Of a stretch of DNA of 64,000 nt, positions 55,118 to 64,000 are shown in pieces (the stretch's first letter is position 1; each line of letters begins with the position of its first letter). Where the stretch lies: assembly GCA_030372965.1 (NCBI GenBank), contig JAUCQC010000228.1:15203-79202 (forward strand), read 5' to 3'. The DNA is from a bacterium. Lineage in GTDB: Bacteria > Zhuqueibacterota > QNDG01 > DTFT01. Below the pieces are notes generated by a model, which was not told where the DNA came from, searched no databases, and worked only from the letters and a program-made list of their open reading frames with translations. The position numbers and the translations under genes are program-made.

Positions 55118-56357
55118 ACCGGATGGCCTCCACGGGAACCAGGTCGGCCGCTTTCTTTGCCGGATAGATCGAGGCGACGAGGCAGATCAGAACGGACGCG
55201 AGGCCGATGTACAGAAAGTCCGTCGCCTGCATCCGGACGGGCATGACGCTGATGAAGTAGACGTCTCCGGGAAGCGAGATGAACTTGTAGGTCTGCTGGG
55301 CCCAGCACAGGCCGTATCCGACGGCCAGGCCGAGCGCGGTGCCGACGATTCCCACGCCCACGCCGAGGCAGAGAAACAGCCGCATCACCCCTCCGGAGGT
55401 CGCGCCGATGGATTTCAGGATGCCGATTTCCTTGGTTTTCTCCATGACGACCATGATGATGGTGCTGATGATGTTGAAGGCCGCCACCATGATGATCAGG
55501 GACAGGATGATGAACATGGCGATTTTTTCGAGCTGCATCCAGGAAAACAGGTTTTTCCGCATCTCGAACCAGGTCATCGGATAATAGGGGAATCCGAGTC
55601 GTTTCTCGATGGTGTCCACCACGGCGTCCGCCTTGTACAGGTCGTCCAGCCGCACTTCGATGCCCGAGACGCGTCCGCCCATCCGGAAAAGCTCCTGCGC
55701 GGCCGCGTTCGAGATGTAGACATAGGTGTTGTCGTATTCGTACATGCCGGTCTCGAAGTATCCCGTGACGATGAACTGTTTGACCGGGGGCATCTGCAGC
55801 ATGGAACGGATGCCCGACGGGCTGAACACGGTGACCACATCGCCGGGTTCCGCGAGGAGCCGGTCGGCCAGATAGCGTCCGAGAACGATGCCGGGCAGCG
55901 TCCGGCCGTCGCCGCGCGAAACGGGGCCCAGATCGAGCCGGCCGTATGCCATGTTGCGTGAGAGGTCGGAGACCTGGTCCAGGGTTTCGGGATCCGCGCC
56001 CCGAATGAGGCAGCCGTCGTTCCGGTCGCCCGCCTGAATCATCCCTTTTTCCAGAATGTAGGGAGAGAGGCCGATGACGTGCGGAATGCCCCGGATCTGC
56101 TCCATGACGGCGGCCGGGTTGGAGATTCCGTCGTCGTGATAGCTGCGGACCCGGATGTGCGTGTCGAAACCGATGATGCGCGACCGGACCTCGGATTCGA
56201 AGCCGTTCATGACCGACAGGACGATGATCAGGGCCGCCACGCCGATGGTGACTCCGAGGATCGAGATCCAGGCGATCAGGGTGATGAAACCCGTCCGCCG
56301 CCGGGCGCTGAGGTACCGGCGTGCGACGAACCATTCGTACGGGATCCAGTTCTTCAT
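55110..56357 (-). CDS. Lipoprotein-releasing system permease, LolC/LolE family (FtsX-like)
   Basis: FVARRYLSARRRTGFI, a MacB-like periplasmic domain, and a C-terminal FtsX TM bundle. It overlaps lolD by 8 nt. Confidence 0.8.
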   Translation of the reverse strand: MKNWIPYEWFVARRYLSARRRTGFITLIAWISILGVTIGVAALIIVLSVMNGFESEVRSRIIGFDTHIRVRSYHDDGISNPAAVMEQIRGIPHVIGLSPYILEKGMIQAGDRNDGCLIRGADPETLDQVSDLSRNMAYGRLDLGPVSRGDGRTLPGIVLGRYLADRLLAEPGDVVTVFSPSGIRSMLQMPPVKQFIVTGYFETGMYEYDNTYVYISNAAAQELFRMGGRVSGIEVRLDDLYKADAVVDTIEKRLGFPYYPMTWFEMRKNLFSWMQLEKIAMFIILSLIIMVAAFNIISTIIMVVMEKTKEIGILKSIGATSGGVMRLFLCLGVGVGIVGTALGLAVGYGLCWAQQTYKFISLPGDVYFISVMPVRMQATDFLYIGLASVLICLVASIYPAKKAADLVPVEAIRYE

Positions 56358-56382
56358 CGGGTTCGGTTCTCCGGCCGGCGCA

Positions 56383-57885
56383 TCACGCGGACCGTTCCGG
56401 CCGCATCGCCGGGAAGAGGATGACGTCCCGGATGGTGGGCGCGTCCGTGAGCAGCATGGTCAGCCGGTCGACCCCGATGCCCAGCCCTGCCGTCGGCGGC
56501 ATGCCGTATTCCAGGGCCCTCAGAAAATCCTCGTCCAGCAGCATGGCCTCTTCATCTCCGGCCGCGCGGAGTCCCGCCTGCTCCTGAAAGCGCCGCCTCT
56601 GGTCGAGCGGGTCATTCAGTTCGCTGAACGCGTTGCAGAGCTCGCGGCCCGCGACGAACCCCTCGAACCGTTCGACCAGACCGGGCGAGGACCGGTGTTT
56701 CTTCGCCAGCGGCGACAGTTCGATCGGGTAATCCGTGATGAACGTCGGCTGGACCAGGTGCGGCTGAACGGTCTGCGAGAATATTTCATCCAGCCATTTT
56801 CCCCGGCCCGGGCTGCCTTCGATCTGAAGACGCAGTCCGGCCGCGAGCGCCTTCAGCGCGGGAATGTCCATTCCGGAGCAGTCCTCCCCCGTTCGCCGCC
56901 GGATCGCCTCGAAGAACGGAATCCTCTCCCAGGGCGGCTCGAAGCGGAGTTCGGTCCCCTGGTGACTGACCGTTCCGGCGCCGAGGACGTTCAGGCAGAC
57001 CGAATGGACCATGTCCTCGACCAGGGACTGCATGAAGCCGTAGTCGCGGTAGGCGACGTACAGCTCCATCATGGTGAATTCGGGGTTGTGGTCCCGGTCC
57101 ATCCCCTCATTGCGGAAATCCTTGGCGATTTCGAAAACGCCCTCGAATCCGCCGACCAGGAGCCTTTTCAGGTACAGTTCGTCCGCGATGCGCAGGTACA
57201 GGGGCATGTCCAGGGCGTGGTGGTGGGTGGTGAAAGGGCGGGCGAAGGCGCCTCCGTACTGCGGCTGAAGCGCCGGCGTCTCCACCTCGAGGTAACCCCG
57301 GCCCTCCAGATACCGCCGCATTTCCGAGACGATCCGGGAACGCAGGACGAAGGTTCTGCGCACGTCCGGGTTGACGGCCAGGTCGGCGTAACGCTGGCGG
57401 TACCGTGTTTCCTTGTCGGCGAAAGCGTCGTACACGGTTTTTTCGTCGCCTTCGATTTTCTCCTTGACGATGGGCAGGGGTCTCAGGGATTTGGACAGAA
57501 GCGTCAGCTCCGCGGCCTGAATCGTGGTCTCCCCGGTCCGGGTCCTGAAAACCTCCCCTTTCACGCCGATGAAATCCCCGAGGTCCAGAAGGCGGAAAAC
57601 CGCGTACCCGGCCTCGCCCAGCCGGTCCTGGGCGAAATAAACCTGAATGCGGCCGGAGGCGTCGGCGATGTGGGCGAAGCTCGCCTTTCCCATGCGCCGG
57701 AGCGACACCAGGCGGCCCGCGACGGCCACGGTCAGGGACGCCGCGCCGTCCGGCTCGAAGGCGCCGAGGACTTCGGCGGCCGAGTGGGTCCGGTCGAAAG
57801 CGTGGGCGTAGGGATTGACGCCGAGGGATTCCAGCTTTTCGAGCTTTTCGATGCGCTGCCGGCGCAATTCGTCCAGAGGGTCCAA
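56383..57885 (-). CDS. lysS: Lysine--tRNA ligase (class II)
   Basis: RRQRIEKLEKLESLGVNPY, an OB-fold, and class II motifs (FRNEG, ELSPLAK, GLGIGVDRLTMLLT). TTG at 57885, with AGGAGA 7 nt upstream. The tracked longer ORF overlaps prfB. Confidence 0.92.
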   Translation of the reverse strand: MDPLDELRRQRIEKLEKLESLGVNPYAHAFDRTHSAAEVLGAFEPDGAASLTVAVAGRLVSLRRMGKASFAHIADASGRIQVYFAQDRLGEAGYAVFRLLDLGDFIGVKGEVFRTRTGETTIQAAELTLLSKSLRPLPIVKEKIEGDEKTVYDAFADKETRYRQRYADLAVNPDVRRTFVLRSRIVSEMRRYLEGRGYLEVETPALQPQYGGAFARPFTTHHHALDMPLYLRIADELYLKRLLVGGFEGVFEIAKDFRNEGMDRDHNPEFTMMELYVAYRDYGFMQSLVEDMVHSVCLNVLGAGTVSHQGTELRFEPPWERIPFFEAIRRRTGEDCSGMDIPALKALAAGLRLQIEGSPGRGKWLDEIFSQTVQPHLVQPTFITDYPIELSPLAKKHRSSPGLVERFEGFVAGRELCNAFSELNDPLDQRRRFQEQAGLRAAGDEEAMLLDEDFLRALEYGMPPTAGLGIGVDRLTMLLTDAPTIRDVILFPAMRPERSA

Positions 57886-57896
57886 ACCGTTTTCTC

Positions 57897-58995
57897 CTAT
57901 CGGTTGAATTCGAGCAGATAAGCCTTGATGAAGGCGTCCAGGTCCCCGTCCATGACGGACTGCACGTCGGACGTCTCGGTGTCGGTCCGGTGATCCTTCA
58001 CCATGTTGTAGGGATGGAAAACGTAGGAGCGGATCTGATTGCCCCAAGAAATGTCCTTCTTCTGCTTCTCCATCGCCTCGAGCTTCCGGCCCTCCTCCTC
58101 CTTCCGGAGCTGGTAGAGGCGGGCCGTCAGCATCTTCATCGCGTTCGCCTTGTTCTGGTGCTGGGACCGTTCGTTCTGGCACTGCGTCACGATCCCCGTC
58201 GGGATGTGGGTGATCCGCACGGCGGAACTGGTCTTGTTGACGTGCTGGCCGCCCGCGCCCGAGGACCGGAACGTGTCGATCCGGAGATCCGAGGGATCGA
58301 TGGTGACGGTGATCGATTCGTCGATTTCCGGGTAGACGAAAACGGACGCGAAGGACGTGTGCCTCCGCTTGTTCGCGTCGAACGGGGAAATGCGGACAAG
58401 CCGGTGAACGCCGGCCTCGGCTTTCAGGTATCCGTAGGCGTTCGGGCCCTTGATTTCGATGGAGGCGCTCTTCAGGCCGGCTTCGTCCCCGTCCTGGTAG
58501 TCCATGACTTCGGCCTGGAATTGACGGCGCTGGGCGAAGCGGAGATACATCCGGAAGAGCATTTCCGCCCAGTCCTGCGATTCGGTGCCGCCGGCGCCCG
58601 GATGGATGGTGAGGATGGCGTTCCGGCCGTCATCCTCGCCGCTCAGCATCCGCCTCAGTTCCAGTTCGTCCAGCGCCTGGCCGAGGCGGACCCGTCCCCG
58701 TTCCACCTCCGCGAGGGCCGCCGCGTCGTTCTCTTCGGCCGCCAGACTGAGAAATCCGGACAGGTCGTCGAGCTGGGCGCGGATCGAATCCCACTGGCCG
58801 GTCCAGCTTTTCAGTTCGGTGATCTGCCTCAGGATGCCCTGGGCCTTCTCGTTGTCGTTCCAGAAATCGGGCTGCGCGGTCAGTTGTTCGAGTTGAAGCG
58901 CTTTTTCCTTGCGGGAGGCGATGTCAAAGATGCCTCCAGAGATTCTGGATGCGTTCTTCGTCGGATGCGAGCAGGCGCTTGAGTTCTTCGGACAT
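57897..58995 (-). CDS. prfB: Peptide chain release factor 2, requires a programmed +1 frameshift at CTT TGA C (58929-58923)
   Basis: Frame 0 reads MSEELKRLLASDEERIQNLWRHL, then TGA. After the +1 shift it continues DIASRKEKALQLEQLTAQPDFWND... into the tracked ORF, which has SPF, GGQHVN and the rest of RF2. The joined length is 365 aa. An internal GGAGG lies 3 nt before CTT. Confidence 0.93.
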
Positions 58996-59030
58996 GCGGT
59001 TCAGTTCCTCTCGGTTTTCGGGATGGCCGG

Positions 59031-60275
59031 TCAGGGCACTGTGATGACGCCGGCCAGGGCGGATTCGGCCACCGTAGCCGGACTGGCGAGGTATACTTCG
59101 GACAGGGGCGAACCCATCCGTCCCTTGAAATTCCGGTTGGTCGTTGAGATGCAGACTTCTCCGTCGGCCAGGATGCCCTGATGCGCGCCCAGGCACGGGC
59201 CGCAGCCGGGATTGCAGACCGTGACACCCGCGGCGAGCAGGGTTTCCAGAACGCCCCCGGACGCCATGCTCCGAAGGATATCTCGCGACGCGGGGATGGC
59301 GATGCAGCGCACGTCCGGATGAATCCGTTTGCCCGCCATCCGATCGGCCGCGATCCTGAAGTCATCGAGCCTTCCGTTCGTGCAGGATCCTAGGAACGCC
59401 TGGTGGATGCGTCGTCCGGCCATCTCGGCGACCGGCTTCACGTTGTCCACCCGGTGGGGACAGGCGATTTGAGGGACCAGTTCATCCGCGCGGACCGTGA
59501 AAGCGGACCGGACGTCCGCGTCCGGATCCGGGGACGGCGCGTCCGGCACCCTGCCGGCCGCGGACCCGAGAAAAGCGGCGGTGGTCCGGTCCCAGGGGAC
59601 AAACGCGCATTTCGCTCCCATTTCCATGGACAGGTTGCAGAGGGTGAAGCGTTCGGAAACACTCATGGCGTCGACGGTGCTGCCGCTGAATTCGACACTG
59701 CGGTAATCGGCCCCGTCGCTCCCGAGCCGGCCGATCAGAGAAAGGATCAGGTCCTTCGCGTACACGTTTCCGGGCAGACGTCCATCGACGCGGATCCGTA
59801 TGGTCTCGGGAACCCGGAGCCAGGTCTTCCCCGTCGCCCAGACCGCGGCCATCTCGGTTGCGCCGATGCCCGCGGACAGCACGCAGACACAGCCATAGGA
59901 AGTCGTGTGGGAATCCGTGCCGAGAATCAGCCGCCCGGGAAGGGCGTGCCCTTTTTCCAGCATGATCTGATGGCAGATCCCTTCACCGATGTCGTAAAAA
60001 CGGCGTATGCCCTGCTGTTTCACGAATTCACGGATCGTTTTGTGAGCGTTGGCGGTTTTCAGTGATTCCGCCGGAGTCCGGTGATCCAGCGGGATGACGA
60101 TTTTATCCGGATTCCAGACGGATGGAACGCCGATTTCCTCGAATTGCCGTATCACCAGAGCCGCGTTGTCATGGGACATGACCATGTCGGGTTCAACGAC
60201 AACGATTTCACCCGTCCGCACCGAATCCTTCCCGGCTTTTCTCGCAAGTATTTTCTGAACAAGGGTTTGGCCCAT
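59031..60275 (-). CDS. Aconitase-family dehydratase large subunit (3-isopropylmalate dehydratase / homoaconitase, ~415-aa short type)
   Basis: TLVQKILA, MSHDNAA, GTDSHTTSYG, FLGSCTNGR and NPGCGPCLG (Fe-S ligand Cys residues). No small-subunit gene is adjacent. Confidence 0.85.
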   Translation of the reverse strand: MGQTLVQKILARKAGKDSVRTGEIVVVEPDMVMSHDNAALVIRQFEEIGVPSVWNPDKIVIPLDHRTPAESLKTANAHKTIREFVKQQGIRRFYDIGEGICHQIMLEKGHALPGRLILGTDSHTTSYGCVCVLSAGIGATEMAAVWATGKTWLRVPETIRIRVDGRLPGNVYAKDLILSLIGRLGSDGADYRSVEFSGSTVDAMSVSERFTLCNLSMEMGAKCAFVPWDRTTAAFLGSAAGRVPDAPSPDPDADVRSAFTVRADELVPQIACPHRVDNVKPVAEMAGRRIHQAFLGSCTNGRLDDFRIAADRMAGKRIHPDVRCIAIPASRDILRSMASGGVLETLLAAGVTVCNPGCGPCLGAHQGILADGEVCISTTNRNFKGRMGSPLSEVYLASPATVAESALAGVITVP

Positions 60276-60310
60276 ATCGATTCCGGCTTTGAATGACTCC
60301 TGGAAAAATA

Positions 60311-60339
60311 AATTTACCGAAAAAGCGCATTAAAGTCAA
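60311..60339 (-). promoter_or_regulatory. Sigma-70-type promoter TTGACT-N17-TAAATT for the LeuC-type gene
   Basis: The hexamers on the - strand are at 60339-60334 and 60316-60311, 36 nt upstream of the ATG at 60275. Confidence 0.6.
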
Positions 60340-60357
60340 GGCAATAACCAATTGAAA

Positions 60358-60401
60358 ATCAAAAAAATAAAAGGCTGTCCCGGCAAAACCGGAAACAGCC
60401 T
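60358..60401 (-). terminator. Rho-independent (bidirectional-looking) terminator after dapD
   Basis: Stem AAGGCTGT...ACAGCCTT (60370-60401) with an inner CCGG-CAAAA-CCGG. It is flanked by an A-run on one side and a T-run on the other. Confidence 0.7.
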
Positions 60402-60424
60402 TGTTTTTGTCCTTCATTCACGGA

Positions 60425-61258
60425 TCAACGCAATAAATCCTCGAGCTGAACCGATCGGTCTGTTTTTTCATCCCGGTATTTGACCAGTATGGGCGTGTAC
60501 ACGGAAAGCCCCCTATCGCGGCCCGGACCAGACTGAATGGGCCTCGTTCCGGGAATGACCACGGCATTCGGCGGAATGGTCAGCGGCCCGTCACCGGACC
60601 GGGACAGGATGCGGTCATGAACGAGATCGTAAACGGGCGTGGAACCGGTGAGGATGGTCCCGGCCCCGATCACGGCACCGGCGCCGACCACGGTCCCTTC
60701 ATAAACACCGCAGTTTCCGCCGATGAGCACGTCGTCCTCGATGATGACCGGAAGGGATCCGACGGGTTCCAGCACACCGCCGATCTGCGATCCGGCGCTG
60801 ATGTGGACGCGCCGGCCGATCTGCGCGCAGGACCCCACCAGCGCGTGCGAATCGATCATGGTGCCGTCGTCGACATAAGCGCCGACGTTCACGTACATCG
60901 GCGGCATGCAGGTCACGTTGCGCCCGATGTGCGCGCCGTCCCGGATGGCCGAACCGCCCGGGACGATGCGCACGCCGTCCCCGATGCCGATGGCCTTCGG
61001 GGGAAACGTGTCCTTGTCGTAGAAGACAAAACGGTCGTCCACGGAATAGTCGGTCAGGACGCCGAGACGGAAACCGAGAAGAATGCCCTGCTTCACCCAC
61101 GCGTTCACCGTCCATCGGCCCCCGGATTTCTCGGCCGCGCGCGCGCGTCCCGCGTTCAATTCGTCCATGAAGGTCCGGAACAGGGCGCGGTCCCCGGCGG
61201 ACGGCGCTCCCGACTGCGGGCGGGAGTACGCCTCTTCGACACGTTCCCTCAGGTTCAC
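60425..61258 (-). CDS. dapD: 2,3,4,5-tetrahydropyridine-2,6-dicarboxylate N-succinyltransferase
   Basis: WVKQGILLGFR, left-handed beta-helix hexapeptide repeats (VNVGAYVDDGTMIDSHALVGSCAQIG), and the GTG at 61258 overlapping the dapA TGA (GTGA). Confidence 0.85.
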   Translation of the reverse strand: MNLRERVEEAYSRPQSGAPSAGDRALFRTFMDELNAGRARAAEKSGGRWTVNAWVKQGILLGFRLGVLTDYSVDDRFVFYDKDTFPPKAIGIGDGVRIVPGGSAIRDGAHIGRNVTCMPPMYVNVGAYVDDGTMIDSHALVGSCAQIGRRVHISAGSQIGGVLEPVGSLPVIIEDDVLIGGNCGVYEGTVVGAGAVIGAGTILTGSTPVYDLVHDRILSRSGDGPLTIPPNAVVIPGTRPIQSGPGRDRGLSVYTPILVKYRDEKTDRSVQLEDLLR

Positions 61259-62172
61259 GCGGATTCCTTTCCGCCCTCCGGGGCCAGTCCGAGATCCGAG
61301 AGAACCTTGAAGATGGCGGCCCGGCTCTCGTGCCGGACCGGTACCAGCGGGAGACGGAGCACCTCCCGTATCCGGCCCATGCGGGCGAGCGCGGCCTTGA
61401 CCGGGGCCGGGCTTGTTTCGATGAAATTGACGCGCATCAGCGGGTAAATCCTTTTCTGTATCTCCATCGCGCGGCGCAGGTCGCCGTCCAGGCACGCCCT
61501 GACCAGCGCCGACATTTCGGCCGGGACCTCGTTCGACACGACCGAAATCAGCCCAACGCCCCCCAGGGACAGGATCGGAACCGTGATCCCGTCGTCGCCG
61601 GAGAGCAGCGTGAAGGAATCCGGTTTTTTCACGGCCAGTTCCGCGATCTGGTCGATGTTGCCGCAGGCTTCCTTGATTCCGGCGATGTTGGGGACGGCCG
61701 CGAGACGCACCGCGGTGTCGGGCAGCAGGTTCACGCCCGTCCGGGATGGGACGTTGTAGAGGAATACCGGCGCCTTGACGGACGCGGCCACGGTCTCGTA
61801 ATGACGGAAGAGCCCCTCCTGCGTCGGCCGGTTGTAATACGGGGTGACCGACAGCACGGCGTCGGCGCCGGCCTCCTCGATGACGGCCCGGGCCGCCTCC
61901 GCGACGCGGGCCGTGTTGTTGCCGCCGGCTCCGGCCATCACGGGCACGCGTCCGGCCGCGGTCTCCACCGTGATCCGGACCACGGCCAGTTGCTCCTCAC
62001 GGCTCAGGACGGCGCTCTCGCCCGTGCTGCCGCAGGGCACCAGGAAATCGATGCCCTCCGCAATCTGCCACTCCACGAGGCGCCGCAGGGCGTCCTCATC
62101 GAGCGATCCGTCGTCCCGGAAGGGCGTGACGAGCGCGGTGCCGCATCCTCTGAAACTGATTGGGCCGGTCAT
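61255..62172 (-). CDS. dapA: 4-hydroxy-tetrahydrodipicolinate synthase
   Basis: GCGTALVTPF, VPCGSTGE, TPYYNRP, YNVPSRTG and IAGIKEA (catalytic Lys). ATGA overlap with dapB. Confidence 0.93.
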   Translation of the reverse strand: MTGPISFRGCGTALVTPFRDDGSLDEDALRRLVEWQIAEGIDFLVPCGSTGESAVLSREEQLAVVRITVETAAGRVPVMAGAGGNNTARVAEAARAVIEEAGADAVLSVTPYYNRPTQEGLFRHYETVAASVKAPVFLYNVPSRTGVNLLPDTAVRLAAVPNIAGIKEACGNIDQIAELAVKKPDSFTLLSGDDGITVPILSLGGVGLISVVSNEVPAEMSALVRACLDGDLRRAMEIQKRIYPLMRVNFIETSPAPVKAALARMGRIREVLRLPLVPVRHESRAAIFKVLSDLGLAPEGGKESA

Positions 62173-62879
62173 GGTGTCCTCTCTGCGAGTATCTGCTCCA
62201 ACACGTCGCTGAAATGATGGAATCCGGACCGGCCGCGGATCCATTCGGCGGCCAGAAGCGCGCCCGCGGCCAGGCCTTCGCGTCCGCGGGCGGTGTGCGT
62301 CAGCGTCACCGTGTCCGCGGCCGAGTCGAAGCTCACGGTGTGCCGCCCCGGGATGTACCCCGCTCGCACGCTGGTGATCGGCACGTCGCGGTCCGGGTAG
62401 GAACGGGACAGGAGGCCGCGCAATTCAAGCGCCGTGCCGGACGGGGCGTCCTTCTTGAACTGATGGTGCGCCTCCTCGATGAAGGGATCATACTGGCGGA
62501 AGGCGGAAAACAATTGGCCGGCGCGTTCCGCCACGCGGTAAAAAAGGTTGACGCCCAGGGAGAAATTGGCCGCGTGAACGAACCCGATTCCGGAACGCCG
62601 CACCTCCGTTTCCGCCTCTTTCAGAAAACCGGACCACCCCGTTGTTCCCTCCACCATCGGAAGGCGGAGTGCCGACGCGGCCCGGATGTTGCCGGGCACG
62701 GCTTCGGCCGACGAGAAATCGATCAGCACTTCGACGCCCGCCAGCGCCTCGCGGCATTCCGCGTCAGGCCTGATCGGACGGGCGTCCCAAAACCGGGCGA
62801 GGACGGAGTGCCCCCTCTCCACGGCGAGTCGTTCCAGCGTTCCGCCCATCCGTCCCGTTCCGATGATTCCCAATTTCAT
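62169..62879 (-). CDS. dapB: 4-hydroxy-tetrahydrodipicolinate reductase
   Basis: MKLGIIGTGRMG, VEGTTGW, EEAHHQFKKDAPSGTA. ATGA overlap with lysC. Confidence 0.9.
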   Translation of the reverse strand: MKLGIIGTGRMGGTLERLAVERGHSVLARFWDARPIRPDAECREALAGVEVLIDFSSAEAVPGNIRAASALRLPMVEGTTGWSGFLKEAETEVRRSGIGFVHAANFSLGVNLFYRVAERAGQLFSAFRQYDPFIEEAHHQFKKDAPSGTALELRGLLSRSYPDRDVPITSVRAGYIPGRHTVSFDSAADTVTLTHTARGREGLAAGALLAAEWIRGRSGFHHFSDVLEQILAERTP

Positions 62880-64000
62880 GGCCGAGCCCCGTCTGGAGTG
62901 GTTTCGAACATCCCGGAATCCGGATCCGAGAAGAAATGCCGGTGCAGGCGCCTGACCCGGTCCTCGGCCGCGTCGGCCCGGACGATCAGAACGCAGGAAA
63001 CCGGAGACACGCCGCAGAAGAAACCTTCGTCCGCCGGATCCAGCGCGCCGCCGATCCAATCGTTCAGGGCTCCCCGGTCCGCATCCAGGCCGGCTCCGAC
63101 CAGCGCGACAGCGGCCCGCTCCGCCCGGATGACGGGCCGGCCGAGCCGGTTCAGTGATTCCAGGAAGGTTTCGGCGCCGGGTCCCGGTGAAAAAGTCAGC
63201 GACACGTCGTGACCGGCCGCGGCCGCGAGTCCCAGTTCGACGCCCGCTTTTTCCGCCTCGAGAACCGCCCGTGCCAGAAGGTCCCACCCCGGGGATTTTC
63301 CCGAGGACAGACGGATCCAGGTCACCGGAGACCGGAAGGAGATGGATTTAATGCGGTTCCGTCCGGCCGTCTCCCGGGCCGAAACGATCGTGCCCGCCGC
63401 GTCGGGCCTACCGGTGTGCGCGATCCGGATCGGAATGCCGCAGCGGACCGCCGGATCGACGGCTTTCGGATGCAGGACGCGGGCTCCCCAGAATGTGAGT
63501 TCGGCCGCCTCACGGTACGAGACGGACTTGACGGTGAGGACGCCACGCACGCGTTCCGGATCCGCGGTCATGATGCCCGGGACGTCTTTCCATATCTGTA
63601 TCTCGGACACGCCGGCCGCGGCTCCGGTCAGGGCCGCGGTGTAGTCGGATCCCTCGAATCCCAGCGTCGTGGTGAGCCCTCGCCGCGTGGAGCCGATGTA
63701 TCCCTGAAGAACCGGGACGCGGCCTTTCTCCACGGACCGGAGGACGGCTTCGCGCAGACGGTCGGACGACTCCCCCTCCAGGCAGGCCGCGCGGGTGAAG
63801 CGGTCGTCCGTGAGAACCAGCCGCCGCGAGTCGAGCCACTCGGCGTCGATGCCGGCGCTCCGCAGCGCCCCGCACATCAGAAGGGAAGAGAGCAGTTCCC
63901 CGTAGGACAGAACCTTGTCCTGGGACTGCGGGGACAATTCCCCCAGGACCGCGATTCCCCCCAGCAGGCGCTCCAGCTCCCTGAAGCAGTCCTGAAACCG
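62876..64000 (-). CDS. lysC: Aspartate kinase, C-terminal part (5' end lies outside the window)
   Basis: The frame stays open to the window edge. LSYGELLSS, GSTRRGLTTTLGFEGSDYTAA, VPGIMTADP, and two ACT-like regions (VALVGAGL). Confidence 0.88.
   Translation of the reverse strand, partial: RFQDCFRELERLLGGIAVLGELSPQSQDKVLSYGELLSSLLMCGALRSAGIDAEWLDSRRLVLTDDRFTRAACLEGESSDRLREAVLRSVEKGRVPVLQGYIGSTRRGLTTTLGFEGSDYTAALTGAAAGVSEIQIWKDVPGIMTADPERVRGVLTVKSVSYREAAELTFWGARVLHPKAVDPAVRCGIPIRIAHTGRPDAAGTIVSARETAGRNRIKSISFRSPVTWIRLSSGKSPGWDLLARAVLEAEKAGVELGLAAAAGHDVSLTFSPGPGAETFLESLNRLGRPVIRAERAAVALVGAGLDADRGALNDWIGGALDPADEGFFCGVSPVSCVLIVRADAAEDRVRRLHRHFFSDPDSGMFETTPDGARP

Overview
High-GC bacterial chromosomal segment. 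The phylum cannot be assigned from the sequence alone; LolCDE-type genes, sigma-54 use, RNase Y/YmdB and a frameshifted prfB show it is bacterial. All 24 genes I call between 2 and 29630 are on the + strand: dnaE 3' end, a YitJ-type HMT/MTHFR fusion, gcvPB, a five-gene signalling block, a CheY-like gene plus an unusual FtsZ fusion, an FAD oxidase, tRNA-Val, thrS-infC-rpmI-rplT-pheS-pheT, zapB-like/zapA, rny, ymdB, folD, proS and a TPR protein. All 28 genes between 30084 and 64000 are on the - strand: tRNA-Arg, a secreted beta-helix protein, a 13-gene Wzx/Wzy-type polysaccharide operon headed by an atypical OmpR-family regulator, cdsA, a polyferredoxin, a Tat-DUF362 protein, clpC, lolD/lolCE, lysS, prfB, a LeuC-type dehydratase and dapD-dapA-dapB-lysC. 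The two blocks converge on a ~450-bp AT-rich, ORF-free gap that holds a 28-bp dif-like (XerC/D) motif, so this may be the replication terminus. The most unusual element is at 11.7-13.8 kb. A good sigma-54 promoter lies directly downstream of an NtrC-type activator gene. It drives a canonical single-domain receiver and then an archaeal-looking FtsZ whose C-terminus resembles a CheA-P1/HPt four-helix bundle with Lys in place of the phospho-His. I know of no description of this architecture, but I cannot search databases here. Two more sigma-54-type promoters lie upstream of the polysaccharide-operon regulator and upstream of clpC. Other observations are a small dispersed inverted-repeat family (GAAGATTC...GAATCTTC), in one case bracketing a 46-bp tandem repeat, and a recurring promoter TTGACW-N17-TAAATT. 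The textbook prfB +1 frameshift and the infC ATT start are also present. No CRISPR arrays, transposases, integrases, rRNA genes or recognisable defence genes were seen. All homology calls come from reading the translated ORFs and recalled family motifs; no database search was run.
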